From: Balanoglossus misakiensis | Lineage: Eukaryota > Animalia > Hemichordata | Reading direction: 5' to 3' | NCBI GenBank assembly: GCA_040954595.2 | Contig: CM082594.2 | Span: 2,188,247 to 2,252,246, forward strand | Length of the DNA: 64,000 nucleotides | Shown: one piece after another, positions 1 through 11,434 of the stretch | Layout: each line of letters starts with the position of its first letter | Position numbering within the stretch: the stretch's first letter is position 1 | Translations under genes and position numbers: made by a program | Notes under the pieces: generated by a model | What the model was told of the DNA's origin: nothing | Database searches by the model: none | The model's input: only the letters and a program-made list of their open reading frames with translations

Positions 1-208
1 CAACGTTTATGTTATTCTACATGTGGATATATACTAGTAGTAGAGACCGTTTTGGTGAGTTTTTCACACTCGTGTCTACAAGTGGAATGGAAGCTGTGTG
101 TAGTCGAACGTTGATTCACTATATATCCACATGTAGAATAACATAAACAGTGTCTTGTAGAAACAAACAAACGGGAAAATGGGCAAGAGAGCGACTTTGT
201 CCCTTTAA
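1..208. mobile_element. Partial TTAA-target MITE (Kolobok-like family A)
   Basis: Ends in ...gactttgtccct+TTAA. Internal sequence is shared with 2432-2777, ~2030-2275, 23661-23949 and 25490-25765. Confidence 0.6.
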
Positions 209-226
209 TATTCTCTTCAAACTTAC

Positions 227-918
227 ATCAAGGTCGTAGCACGTTTCGACGAGTCTGTTGTTAACGTACATGTGAAGTGTGCAATTCATGCAGCCTCTAA
301 CCAGTTCGTCATCGGATATCATGGAACCCTGCAGTGAAATGAAGCAATGGAATAAAGAAGTAAATACAGAGTGAAGAGAGAGGAAAAGTTAATTTAAACA
401 GGTTATATCGCATGCACGAAGGTGTTTGTATCGATGCGATATTGACCACCTCGCCTTTCAAGTATCAGACATACAATCTCTAACATTATACACTTGTCTA
501 GTTACTATGCACTCGTCTTCGATTACTCCACCACACTCGTTAGGAATGCTTGGGAAAATATTATCCATAATTGTGTTTTTAAGATCTTATTTTGCTTTAC
601 CAGGCTTGTCAGTGTGTCCAACTTGTCAATCACAATGTCCACGGCTCGGAATGTATTTGTTGGTCCGATGTAACTGCCGACAACTTTCAAAAACCTGGTC
701 GTGTGAATCGGATCCTCATTTTCCAATATGTCGGGTAGCATCATGATCTCGTCGAAACACTCCACGCCGTGCGTTAAGACAATATCGTATACGGCGTCGT
801 TGTAAGCCATGATTTGGGCAGAGGAACAAACCCATGGCTGAGAACGGAATGGATGCCCGGCTTCGAGGCCACGATACACGATGACCAGAAGAGCAGATAC
901 GACAAACAGCAACCTCAT
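227..918 (-). CDS. Secreted protein of unrecognised family; coding exons 918-601 and 328-227, gene continues beyond the window start
   Basis: ATG at 918 followed by a hydrophobic signal peptide (MRLLFVVSALLVIVYRGLEA). Acceptor ctacag near 932, phase-0 donor ctg|gtaaag at 601, acceptor ctgcag| at 328. The 102-nt exon GSMISDDELVRGCMNCTLHMYVNNRLVETCYDLD is in frame and ends gat|gtaagt at 227. Possible upstream UTR donor gag|gtaagt near 1362. Confidence 0.7.
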
Positions 919-2431
919 TGTACGCGTTTACCTGTAGAAGCAAGAATTACCTCTCCATAAGATGATATAGCAGGTTTATACCATCAGGGACAAACTCCTA
1001 TACGAAGAAGTACGAAGCCCCGATCAAACAACGATAATATTTCATTAGATTACAATGTTGCTACTAAACTGGATTTTATAAGCATTCTTTTATTTCATGA
1101 CAATTAATTTTATGGCAGAATGGACACAGCCAAAAAAAATTGCCGTTTGAGCATTATTCAACTCTTTCCGCCACAGAAATGCATATCCCCGCAACGAATC
1201 TACTTCAGTCTTGCTGCAAAACTTTGTGATATTGAAATGCGTCCGCGTATAGAAAATCCTGTGGACGCGACGCTAATGACATCGTCGCTCTGCTTGGCGA
1301 CGTGTCGTAATAGAGACTATACGAAGCTACAAACATAAAACTACACGGAAAAATATACTTACCTCTTACTGCTTAGCTTTGAAAGTGTGCAGCGAAAGCT
1401 TACATGCATCTGCACGGATGAATTCTTTAATGTTTGTGCACGAATTTTATAAATACTGTCACGATGTGTGTTATTTAAAAACTACAGGAAAGTTTTTTTT
1501 TAAATAGTTTATATTAGAAAATGAAAATTTAAAAAAAATAGTAGTTATACAGAAGAATGCTGGTTGATTTTTTTTTTCGGTTTATTAATGCCACGCGTAC
1601 AACTGCTGAACATATAATTCTGACGTTGTTATGTCCAAGTCCCGTTTTCAATTGCAGCTTACTTAACTCATGTTAATAGATATCAAATATTCACTTTTCT
1701 TAATGGAAGCGTCATTGCATTTAGCATTCGTTTTAGTACTCTTGACTGTATTGGTACTAACCATGCAACGAACCAAGAATTACCAAAAAGGAAACCAAGA
1801 GAGATTGGAAACCACATATGCTTAATATATAGAAGGTTGGCCATCACAGATGTCTTGCACGTTTCTAGATGACTGGTCCAAGCACAACAGAAATCGCATC
1901 TTTCAGCTGGGTCTCCGTGAAATGAAATGGCACCGGGAACTGAACTGGTTTTTACACGAAGGCTGGGCAAAAACTGCCATTAACAAACGCACAATACCAG
2001 TTTCATTTTGAAGTATTAGTTTATTTTATTTATATATAGTGAATCAACGTTCAACCACACACACCTTACAGCCCGCTTGTAGACACGATAGTGAAAAACT
2101 TGCCAAAATGAATAAATTGTAGAGTTTTTCACTCTCATGTCTACAAGTGGGCTGTAAGGTGTGTGTGGTTGAACGTTGATTTACTATATATCCACATGTA
2201 GAATAACGTAAATGGTGTCTTGTATCAAACAAGGTTAATGGAAAAGGGGTAGTGAGAGGAAAATTTGTCCTTTAACATCGGCACAATCAATTGCACGCGG
2301 TGCAGTCTATAACTCCAAATCGTGTTCAGGGTGATAGAACTTGCAGTAGTAACTGTATTGTTCTCAATACAGGAGGGTCTGTGATCGACGTGTGAAACTC
2401 AGAGTTGCAACTAAGCTACCCGTTCGCTTAA

Positions 2432-2777
2432 AAGGACAACGTCTCTCTCCTTGCTGCCCCTTTTTCCATTATTATGTTTGATACAAGACACTGTTTACGT
2501 TAATGTACATGTGGATATATAGTGAATCAATGATCAACCACACAAAACTTCCATCCCACTTGTATGATATGAGAGTAAAAACTCGCCCAAAATGAATAAA
2601 TGGTAAAGAACGATTATTCATTTTGGCGATTTTTTCACTCTCCTGTCTATAAGAAGGATGGAAGATGTGTGTGGTTGAATGCTCATTCACTATATATCCA
2701 CATGTAGAATAACAAACGGTGTCTTGTTTCAAATATAATTAATGGAAAAAGGGCAGCGAGAGACAGACTTTGTCCCT
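2432..2777. mobile_element. Full-length TTAA-target MITE (Kolobok-like family A)
   Basis: TTAA at 2428-2431 and 2778-2781. TIRs aaggacaacgtctctctccttgctgccc / gggcagcgagagacagactttgtccct. RR..YY termini with a TTAA target are typical of Kolobok. Confidence 0.7.
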
Positions 2778-2781
2778 TTAA

Positions 2782-2960
2782 AGTGAAGGGGTCGTCGCGC
2801 CGCGCTTGTTTTTAAACATTACAATTCATCCACAAATCCCTCAAGTAATAACATTATTAGATCCTAGTAGGTCGTGGCGACTGCAGTGAGGTTTGTGCGA
2901 GTATTTGAGGACATATTCTCGACAAGGGGGACACCCACGCGGCGCGACGACCCCTTCCCT
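2782..2960. mobile_element. Second TTAA-target MITE (family B) abutting family A at a shared TTAA
   Basis: TIRs agtgaaggggtcgtcgcgccgcg / cgcggcgcgacgaccccttccct; TTAA at 2778-2781 and 2961-2964. Confidence 0.65.
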
Positions 2961-3941
2961 TTAAAATTGTATATATTTACCATGTTTATCGCGGCTGTGT
3001 CCAACTTGTCACTCACAACGTTCACGCTTCTGTATGTATTTGTTGGTCCGATATAACTACCAACAACTTTCACGAATTTGGCAGTTAAAATCGGCGTCTC
3101 TTTCTCCAGTGTCGTATCCCTTGATTTTGGAAGCCGTACAAACCCATGGCTTTGAACGAAACGGGTGGTTGGCTTCGAAACTACAGTACACGACGCCCAG
3201 AAGCGTCGATACGACCAGCAACAACTTCATGGCGTGTTGACCTGTAAAAATTAGAAAATATGTGATGCCTCTATTCAAGAAATCCGTGCATGAAAAACAC
3301 ACACATCCATTTCAAGCCTTGATCACGCACGTATATACACACACTGATCAAAACACGATTGTATGATAGTTCAATTATATTTAAATATCGTTAATTAATT
3401 ATTTGTTTGTTTCATTTTCATCTTTGATTTTTTATATAATTTTATGACAGAAGGGCCACAGCAAACCACAAAATCGGCGAGTGTTGACAAGTAATTTCAG
3501 TATTTCTTCCGCAGCAGAAACGCATGCCCCAGAACATTACCACATGGAAAATAAAAAAACATGCAATTTGTCGGTTAGCGGTGATTTTCAGACAAATACC
3601 AGAAAATAAATAAACAAACGCACCCACTTACCCATTCGTCGTTGGCTTTTAAATATTGGACCGACAGTTATCTGCACGCACAGATGAATGTAGCCTATAT
3701 TTCTTTAAAAACTACAAAACAAAACGCGAACACTATCGATTTTGCAAACAAGATCCAATCACCAATCAGTGTTATTTCAGCTTGTTCCATCAAAATAGAA
3801 CAAATTGCGAAAATAGCATGACGAGCACCGGAATACAGAATACCTTTTCGAATTATTCGAGTCCCGTGTACGACTAGTGAAATGTATAGCCATAAACTGA
3901 GGCAATTATGATGGCAGTTTCAAATGACACACTTTACCAAT

Positions 3942-3946
<5 letters not shown>

Positions 3947-4000
<54 letters not shown>

Positions 4001-4012
4001 ACACACACACAC
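3947..4012. repeat. (TC)n(CA)n microsatellite
   Basis: Direct reading. Confidence 0.95.
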
Positions 4013-5982
4013 GCGCGATTGGATCCACTACAAGAAATAAGAGGCGCGCCGAGTTCTCATCTGTTAAACTCAAAAACAATTAGTTGCTTACATCATACTG
4101 TCGATGCCCTTGATTCTTTTATTTCATAGAATAATATGTGTTTTGTTATTTCCGACTTAAAGATAGGCCTATATCACTCAAAATAATTCATCTGGTCATG
4201 TGTATGTCCAATTCAAAGGAGCCAAAGTCTGGTCACTCTTTGCGTAGCTTATCAGACTGTTTGTCGATCTGTTCAATGCTTAAAATGTGTTGAGTGGCGT
4301 GTCTTGTTATGAAGTATTGGGGACGGATGGACGTTTATATTGTATATGTATGTCGTGGGACAAATTTACAGGGGAGTTCTTTGAAAACAAAGAATATATA
4401 TATATGTATTTTGCAATGTTTGCAAATGGGGTATTGCATAGACCCTAGAGAAAGTCTGAAGTGAAAAACGTGAACATAAATGAAGTGTTAAAATAAGAAT
4501 TTAAGAACAAACAAGAAAATGTTAAAAATATTGTACACCATATTTATTTGCATCAAGTTTCATGAGCATGGTTCCACTGTCAGATGTCACTTGGTTTGAA
4601 AATCAATGATATATGGGACAGATCCTGAAAATTCATAGGAAGTATCACAAGTCTATGTGCTAAATGTTGTCATTCTGAAGAAGAGTTTCGTCTAAAATGT
4701 GGTATTCAACTATCTTAATGAAAACAACTTACAGGCGTTTATGGAAAAGATCTGAGGTACGTAAATTTCAGTTTCCTGAATAGTATCACAGTTACTCCAT
4801 TTTGTCAATTTCCAATCAAAATGCTGAAATACTGGCAAATAAAAGTTCTATGGAAAAGGATTACGCGTTATTTGTTTTCATATCCACTTTACTTGTCTAC
4901 TTCCAGAGCCAAAATGCCAAATTAATGCAAGTCACGTGTTTCAAAACTCAAGAAAACAGACGTTCGCTCATAAAACCGTTCAATGATATAATGCTACTGG
5001 ATTACTGTTCTTCCAGTTGAAGGGGATCTGATAAAGAAACGCATACTATAAAATTTACAAAAATAGAAATTCCTTAAAGCTTTTCCTTGTGCCATAATTA
5101 CCACGACAATATAAGATGAAGTTTACTGCGGAGTTCACGTACAATGTATTAAGCTATCATAGAGACTCCAAATTCTACAATATATGCTGCCTTCTGAGTT
5201 TAACTGGAAGATGGACAGCCAACATTGAAGAAAAATCCCAACTATAGTCAAGGCTGTGGGTTTTGCATGAGAAATCGTTCCAAAATACGTCATCTTAAAA
5301 TCAAGGACACATCCTGTCAATGCGAGTATGTAAAATATGCTTATCCATCAAGATTGAAATACTAATGTCAAGATATTCGAATAAACGTTTACAACTGAAA
5401 AGGGAAACACTAATATCGTCATTTTCTACTATTTCGTAGACACTATATTTTACAGGCACTGCTCTGAAGCGTTATATCTGAAAATGTAATTTCACAGTAA
5501 CGAACAATATTAAACCTGTCAGTTACTCTCATAATCTAGCACTGAATGAATGCTGCATTGAGCAAAAAATGTACAGAACAAAAATTTTCACGACACAAAT
5601 CATCAGTGTATGCTAACATTGTTAGACATCAATACAAGTTCATTAGCAGTTTGACCATAATTTCTAACGTTTGGCAAGATCAAAGACTCTTCTTCAGTGC
5701 TCAGATAGGAGCACCAAATATCAACCCGACACTGCTGACAGTGCCAACCAAGGGAGTTGTTGGATGGGTCAAACTCTTCTCGACGACTGAGTCCTACATT
5801 GGTGAATCTGTCCATACACAAACCATGCAAGGGAAGGTATTCCACTGATGAATTAAGCCCACATCATGGGATCCGGTGGGAAAGCTGCAAGGAGATGGAA
5901 AGATGTCAGTATATAATTATGTTTCTTCAAACACCGCAGTCAAACAACCAATCATCCCACCAAATAACCAGCCAACTGAGTA

Positions 5983-8900
5983 TTAAGAGAGCCACATGTT
6001 TAACATATTAATTAGATTTGCAAACAGACTGAAGAAGTTGTACCCACCCTTCCCCAAGTCTCTCGATGCAAATTCCTCTTCGAATGCTTTCTCCGATTTT
6101 TCTTTCAGTAGGTTTTCATATTTTTTCCTTTCCTCGTCGTTTCCCAGTAGCATGTATAGTCGAACAAGAAAATAGACCCCTGAAATTGAATGACATAATG
6201 GCAGACTATGAGAAGTTACATTTGTAGATACTGAAAAATAATTGGCCACCTCATTTTATACTAGTCTTTTAACTGAAGATTATGTATGAACACAATCTGA
6301 AACACCAATATCTCGTCCCCGAAAGGAAAAAAACGAACAAAACTAAAGTAGAATTGAGACGGATATTAGTAAATCTGCAGAACGGATGAATTAGCTGTAA
6401 TGTATAGTCAGTTTTACAGTCAAGGGATACTTTTTATGAACAACTGAAATCGCGACTAAATTCATCAATAGCAGTTGAAACAATCAACAAAATATTTCGA
6501 AAAGACAAAACTTACAAATAACTTTAATCAATGTTTGTTTTAAGCATTCGTTTTGTTTTCCATTCAAATGTTACTGGTCAGCTTTGCGAGTCATGACTAA
6601 GACATGCCGCAGTCAGTCGGTGCTGATCAACCTATAACGCTATACATGATTTCAAAGGTGATTGTCAGTGAAACAAATTGAAGTACCTATCTGCCAGCTG
6701 TCGAATTGCTCATAGTGGGACAGAACGCACTCTTTGATCTTCAGTGCATTTGTCAAGCGGCCTTCAGCTTCTTCGTATTTACTGACATCCTCGTTCGCGA
6801 GATAAAACACAGCAAGGTCAGTCATTCCTTTAAACAAAGAAAACCATTTACGTCATTTTGGAACAATATGTACAACAACTGAAGTATCACACTTGGCAAT
6901 ATTCCAAACAAAGGTGACCTGTTACAAAACTATTTATTGAGCCAATGTCCAACTCTGATGAACAACAATCTATTTCGTATGGTATAAATACGTTTTCCGT
7001 CGTCATTAATATTTCACCAAACGAATTTTATGTTTCTGATCAAACCCTGTAATAACAAACCCTGATCAAACCCTGTAAACAGTAATATTCAGTTTAAAGT
7101 TCACATGCACTCACCAATCGCAATGCTTATATGGTTTCCATTATCTTTGGATCCCCTAACCTTCTTCTTCATTTCCAGGGACTCCCGAAACAGTGTCTCT
7201 ATTTTGCCTGTGTCAACTGGCTCCTTTCGGCGGAGAAAAACTGCATATTCATGCATGGCTGAAAGAGCAATCAAGAGAGTGCAATGATCGCAGTTCGCTC
7301 AAAACGGTGATTATGATATACACAAATGTACATATGCCATGATGGTTTGTATACAGAGAGCTGTAATGGTAGTTCTTTGCCCGTTAATGTGCAGTTATAA
7401 AATAACAAGAATATATTATACTTGCATACCTATGGCCGTCCACTTTCCTGGCTCATTCTTGTAGTTTTTCTGACAAATTTTGATTGCCGTCTGGAATTTG
7501 CCTTCAATTACATTCACAGTGCTTTCGTCAGGAATGGGCTTGTTGTAGTCCCTCGCGTATCCTCCTTCGAGGGCCATCGCTTGTATATTGTACACTGTGG
7601 TTCATAAAAATGTCAACCCTCAAGATACATTGGGTTTAGGTTAATGATTGGTGGGATTTTGTTTTATCAAACTTGTGGTAAAAGTTTATAAACAATATAA
7701 AAAAAACATTCTAATGTGTTGGGAAACAAGGTACTGATATCCGTTTTTGTATGTGCGCACATTTTAAACGAAATAGTAACGATTAATAGAATCTCACACT
7801 ACAAAGGACCTGGGATCATATTTCTTACACGAGTTGGGGATTTTCTGTCCCACACGAGCCGTAGGTAAGTGTGGGCAAAATTCAGTGAGAGTGTGGGATC
7901 GATTTGTTCTCACACTCTGATCCCACACTCCCAGCGTGCCAGGAGTGTGAGAAGAAGACTGTGACATACAAAGGCGGTGTTAAATTACAGCATTTAGGCA
8001 CTTTACATACATCTGCTTCTAACACTACCAATTATCCGAATGGCATGACACTATACTCACACTTTGCCAAGGTTACATCTGCATCATATTTTTCTTCGGA
8101 GCAGCTCTTTCTGTAGTGGTCCGCCAGTGCAAGGTGCTCGAGAGCTTTCTCCTTATTATCAAGTTCCATCAGAACTCTGCCAAGCTGAAAGTGAGCTGGA
8201 GTGAAATAAAACACTGTAAGTAGAGATTTTTTAACTGACAAAAAAATTTCACAGGAATACTCAAATTAATAGTATGTGCTACACAAATTCAAAAATACTT
8301 AAGCGTCGGTACCATGAGAAAATGGTGAAACGTTATGATTTGTAATATTCTGGCGATGTTATGTCTTTAAACTCTTGGTTTTGTTTCTCTTTAATCTGGA
8401 CGTCTACAGAACAACGCATTCGAGCTCGAATATGTTTGATAAAAACAGAGTGACGTAAAACAGTACTATTTGAAAAAAATACTGTATAAACTCACCATAA
8501 GCAATTTGAAAGTTTCGTTTTTGGCTATCGAGTGCCGTGCCGAGGATGGTTTCTACTTCTAAAGCCTTCATGTAGAGTGCAAGTGCTTCATCGCGCCTCC
8601 ACCTTACAAGTCTATAATACAGTGCAACAGCATACAGCAGGTCAGCAGGGTTGTGTATCTCCCCCTTTGCTGCGGTGAGCAGGTCGTTTCTGAGGTTACG
8701 AGAGAGAGTCTTGGTATGGAGAGCCACCTCTTCTTCTTCTTCGGATATGGCCTCGTAGGGACCAGTAAATCTTCTGTAGACCTGTTCGTACGTGGGGAAG
8801 ATTGAAACCAGGAACGATATTGTACCGGATATAGCCGCGATGTACTTTTCACTATATGTGTCTTCAGAGAGATCTGCTTTAACAGCCTTCCTCATAACCC

Positions 8901-10802
8901 TGTGAATGGTAAAATTTCGCTTTAGGCTGCATTCACAAACACCTCTGGAGGGGGGGGGCGGGAGAATTGAGGGGGGGGATTTGAAAAAATTGAGGGTATG
9001 TAAGGGGGGGGATTTGAAATAATTTAGGGACTGAAAGGGGGGGACTTGAAAACTTTAACGACTAAATATTTATTTTGAGTCCACAAAAATGCAGTTTCGC
9101 GCCCTTTATTTTACAAAATTTTCTAATGTGGGAGGGGGACACCCCCTCCCACACCCACCCCCTCCATTCATCAACACCTTTCAATCATTGCCTGGTTTAT
9201 CTAGTATCCCAGGTCAGGGGACTTGCCCCCACCCCATGATAACTTTGAGCAGCGACGGTTAAATTTGTCCTCCCCAACATACCGGTAGTTGAGTTAATTT
9301 GCTTTTGCCGGGTTCATTAAAATGCAGCTTTGAGCTCTGTATTTTAGAAAATTTTCTTACGTGGGAGGGGGACACCCCCTCCCAAACCCACCCCCTTCAA
9401 TTCTCGGTTTACAATGTGTCCCAACACAGAATACAAATATATGTACTTAAAAAATAAAAACAATGTTCAGTTTTAATACCCACTGATGAGGGAAAACATC
9501 AGTTTCAAATTCTTTTCATGGGAGCGCTGTTTTTCTTTTTACAAGATAGATAGGTGATGTGTTTTGCTCAGTGAAAGAAAATGGGGGGGGGGATTTCAAA
9601 ATTTTGGCAGTTCGGAAGGGGGGGATTTGAAAATATTGGCAGTTCGGAAGGGGGGCATGTGAAAATTAGCGGTAAAAAAATTTGAATTCTCCCGCCCCCC
9701 CCTCCAGAGGTGTTTGTGAATGCAGCCTTACCCAGTGACCAAGCTTTGCTCGACCGATGTTTGTTTCGTTGGTGTCGACCAGGCAGTGCTTTCGTAGCTT
9801 CTTCAGAACTGTGTTGAGGTTACGCTGAATCTGGTCGCTTTCTTCGTCTGCTCTCAGGCCCTTCACTTTGTCCTTCAAAGCCGCTTGAAGGTCATTTAGG
9901 CTGATGCTTTCGACCCCTTGGATGATAAGTTGCTCTGAAACAGTGGGTTCCAGAAACACGCACATCTGAAGGAGCTCCAAGGCGGCTCTGCCTTGCTGTG
10001 TGACCATCAGATGTCGGAATGTCAAGCTCCATGTGGCCAGGACACTTTTCCGTTTGTACATCCATTTGTTGATGAACACCTCGCGGTCTCTTTCTTCCAG
10101 GAACCGGTCAGCATCGGTCTCTGTCATTTTTACTGGGGGAGAAGTCAGGTCAGATTTGGTCATCTCCAAGAATGCCGTGAGGGAGTTGTGAGTCCTCTCG
10201 CGTATGTTTTCGTGATACTTGTCCAAGTAACAGCTCTTTAAAAAGGCCCTCAGTGGATCATCTTCAGCGGTAGGAAACAATTCCTTGTCGATACAATTAA
10301 TCGACAGTTGCTTGTATCCAGAAAACGACGTCTTGTTTTCATTCATGTACTTTGCAGCGGCAATGAGTGCGAGTGGTAGACCATCGAGGCCATCGGGACC
10401 AGCAAGCCACTGAAGTGCTTCGAGGTTGGCTTGATTACGCTCTTCCATCTTCTGGATCATGTCTTTAGCTGAGTTGACGGTCATTGGTTCCCCGTTTGGT
10501 TGATCGTCGACATAGCGGACCAGTAAGACCATGGCCTCGTCTTCTCTGAGAGGTTTTATATGGAATTTCTTCTTCACTACAGGATATACGATTGACGTTG
10601 CATAGGACGTATCACGTGACGTGATGATGACGTGACCTCCATTAGGGAAATTGGGGAAATAATCGAAGACGTTGCTAGACAGATCAGCATTATCCAAGAC
10701 CAACAGCCAGTTCGACTTCTCCGTCAACCAGTCTGTGACGGCTTTCTTTGTGACGTCAGGGCGCACATCTTTCTTCTCCTCGAAGAGGTTCAACTTTTCC
10801 GC
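5983..10802 (-). pseudogene. NB-ARC/STAND NTPase-TPR (NLR-like) gene with SAM-like insert, interrupted by a MITE; exons 10802-8496, 8195-8061, 7594-7430, 7258-7115, 6827-6687, 6179-5983
   Basis: Walker B WLLVLDNAD, RNBS-B/sensor GGHVIITSRD, GLPLAL, and MHD-like TIHRV (restored when the MITE is removed). Downstream exons have canonical AG/GT sites, all phase 1-1, lengths 135/165/144/141 nt, and encode TPR-like repeats (AHFQLGRVLMELDNKEKALEHL; ETLFRESLEMKKK; EEAEGRLTNALKIKE). Phase-0 acceptor tttatag| at 10802. An alternative last splice to an acceptor near 5885 (AFPPDPMMWA*) is possible. Confidence 0.85.
8925..9727. mobile_element. PIF/Harbinger-type MITE, copy 1 (803 bp)
   Basis: Long TIRs ggctgcattcacaaacacctctggagggg...gagaatt. 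3-bp TSD TTA at 8922-8924 and 9728-9730. Removing the element and one TSD restores the host frame (GHWVKRNFTIHRVMRKA). Confidence 0.92.
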
Positions 10803-10829
10803 CTATAAAATATTCACACGTGGCTGTTA

Positions 10830-10846
10830 CTTTCCCTGTTTCTGCC

Positions 10847-10911
<65 letters not shown>

Positions 10912-11132
10912 GATACAAAAGGTATGTATATACCCTACTTTTATCATTTTAGTCGAGGAATTATTTGTTGATTTCCTTTCACATTTACATTAGCTATTAT
11001 TAATAATTTAGAATCTACGAATTACCGGAAATTTCCTCCAATGCCTGAAGGAATTTATAAAATAAATGTCTCTCTCTTCCTCCTTTTCCCTCTTCTTCTC
11101 TGTCTCTGTCTGTCTGTCTCTGTCTGTCTGTC
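10830..11132 (+). repeat. Left part of a satellite: ~150-bp conserved core plus variable (TC)n/(TCTG)n tract
   Basis: Core ggtatgtatataccctactttt...gaattaccggaaatttcctcc...gcctgaaggaatt..aaataaatg(tc)n, repeated at 17430-19212. Confidence 0.85.
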
Positions 11133-11434
11133 AAGAACAAAGTACAGAACAAACGCCCCTATCACAATGTCATACCGTACCAGCACAAGAAAAACTAATT
11201 CTTTTTCTTGATAATATAAAGTCTCTTAAAAATCATGTAGATAGATGTCGTGAATTTTGCCCAAATCAAAATAATTTGCTGGAAGGTCTGTCAATTGCTT
11301 ATAGGACAGCCCTAGCAGACAACAGGCCACTTAAACAAAGAATAAGTAAGCTAATGAAAAAAGTAAGGAACGATATGAGAAAAAATGGATTGTCACCATT
11401 GTTTTAACTGTCTTCTTCTCATACTTCTGCTGCA

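Larger units (their letters stand above)
2280..3230 (-). pseudogene. Tandem paralog of the 918-227 secreted-protein gene, frameshifted
   Basis: MKLLLVVSTLLGVVYCSFEANHPFRSKPWVC aligns with MRLLFVVSALLVIVYRGLEAGHPFRSQPWVC. After an internal deletion and frameshift near 3110 it resumes as LEKETPILTAKFVKVVGSYIGPTNTYRSVNVVSDKLDT, versus ILENEDPIHTTRFLKVVGSYIGPTNTFRAVDIVIDKLDT. Same acceptor before the ATG and same donor position (atg|gtaaat, ~2981). Degenerate CxxC second exon near 2280-2345. Confidence 0.75.

Noticed and set aside
5546-6011. Short ORFs on both strands downstream of the TPR exons
   Set aside because: No motifs; more simply the 3' UTR or last intron of the NB-ARC-TPR gene.
7790-7975. 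Small imperfect palindromes in an intron
   Set aside because: Probably a repeat fragment, but no termini or second copy in the window to support a call.
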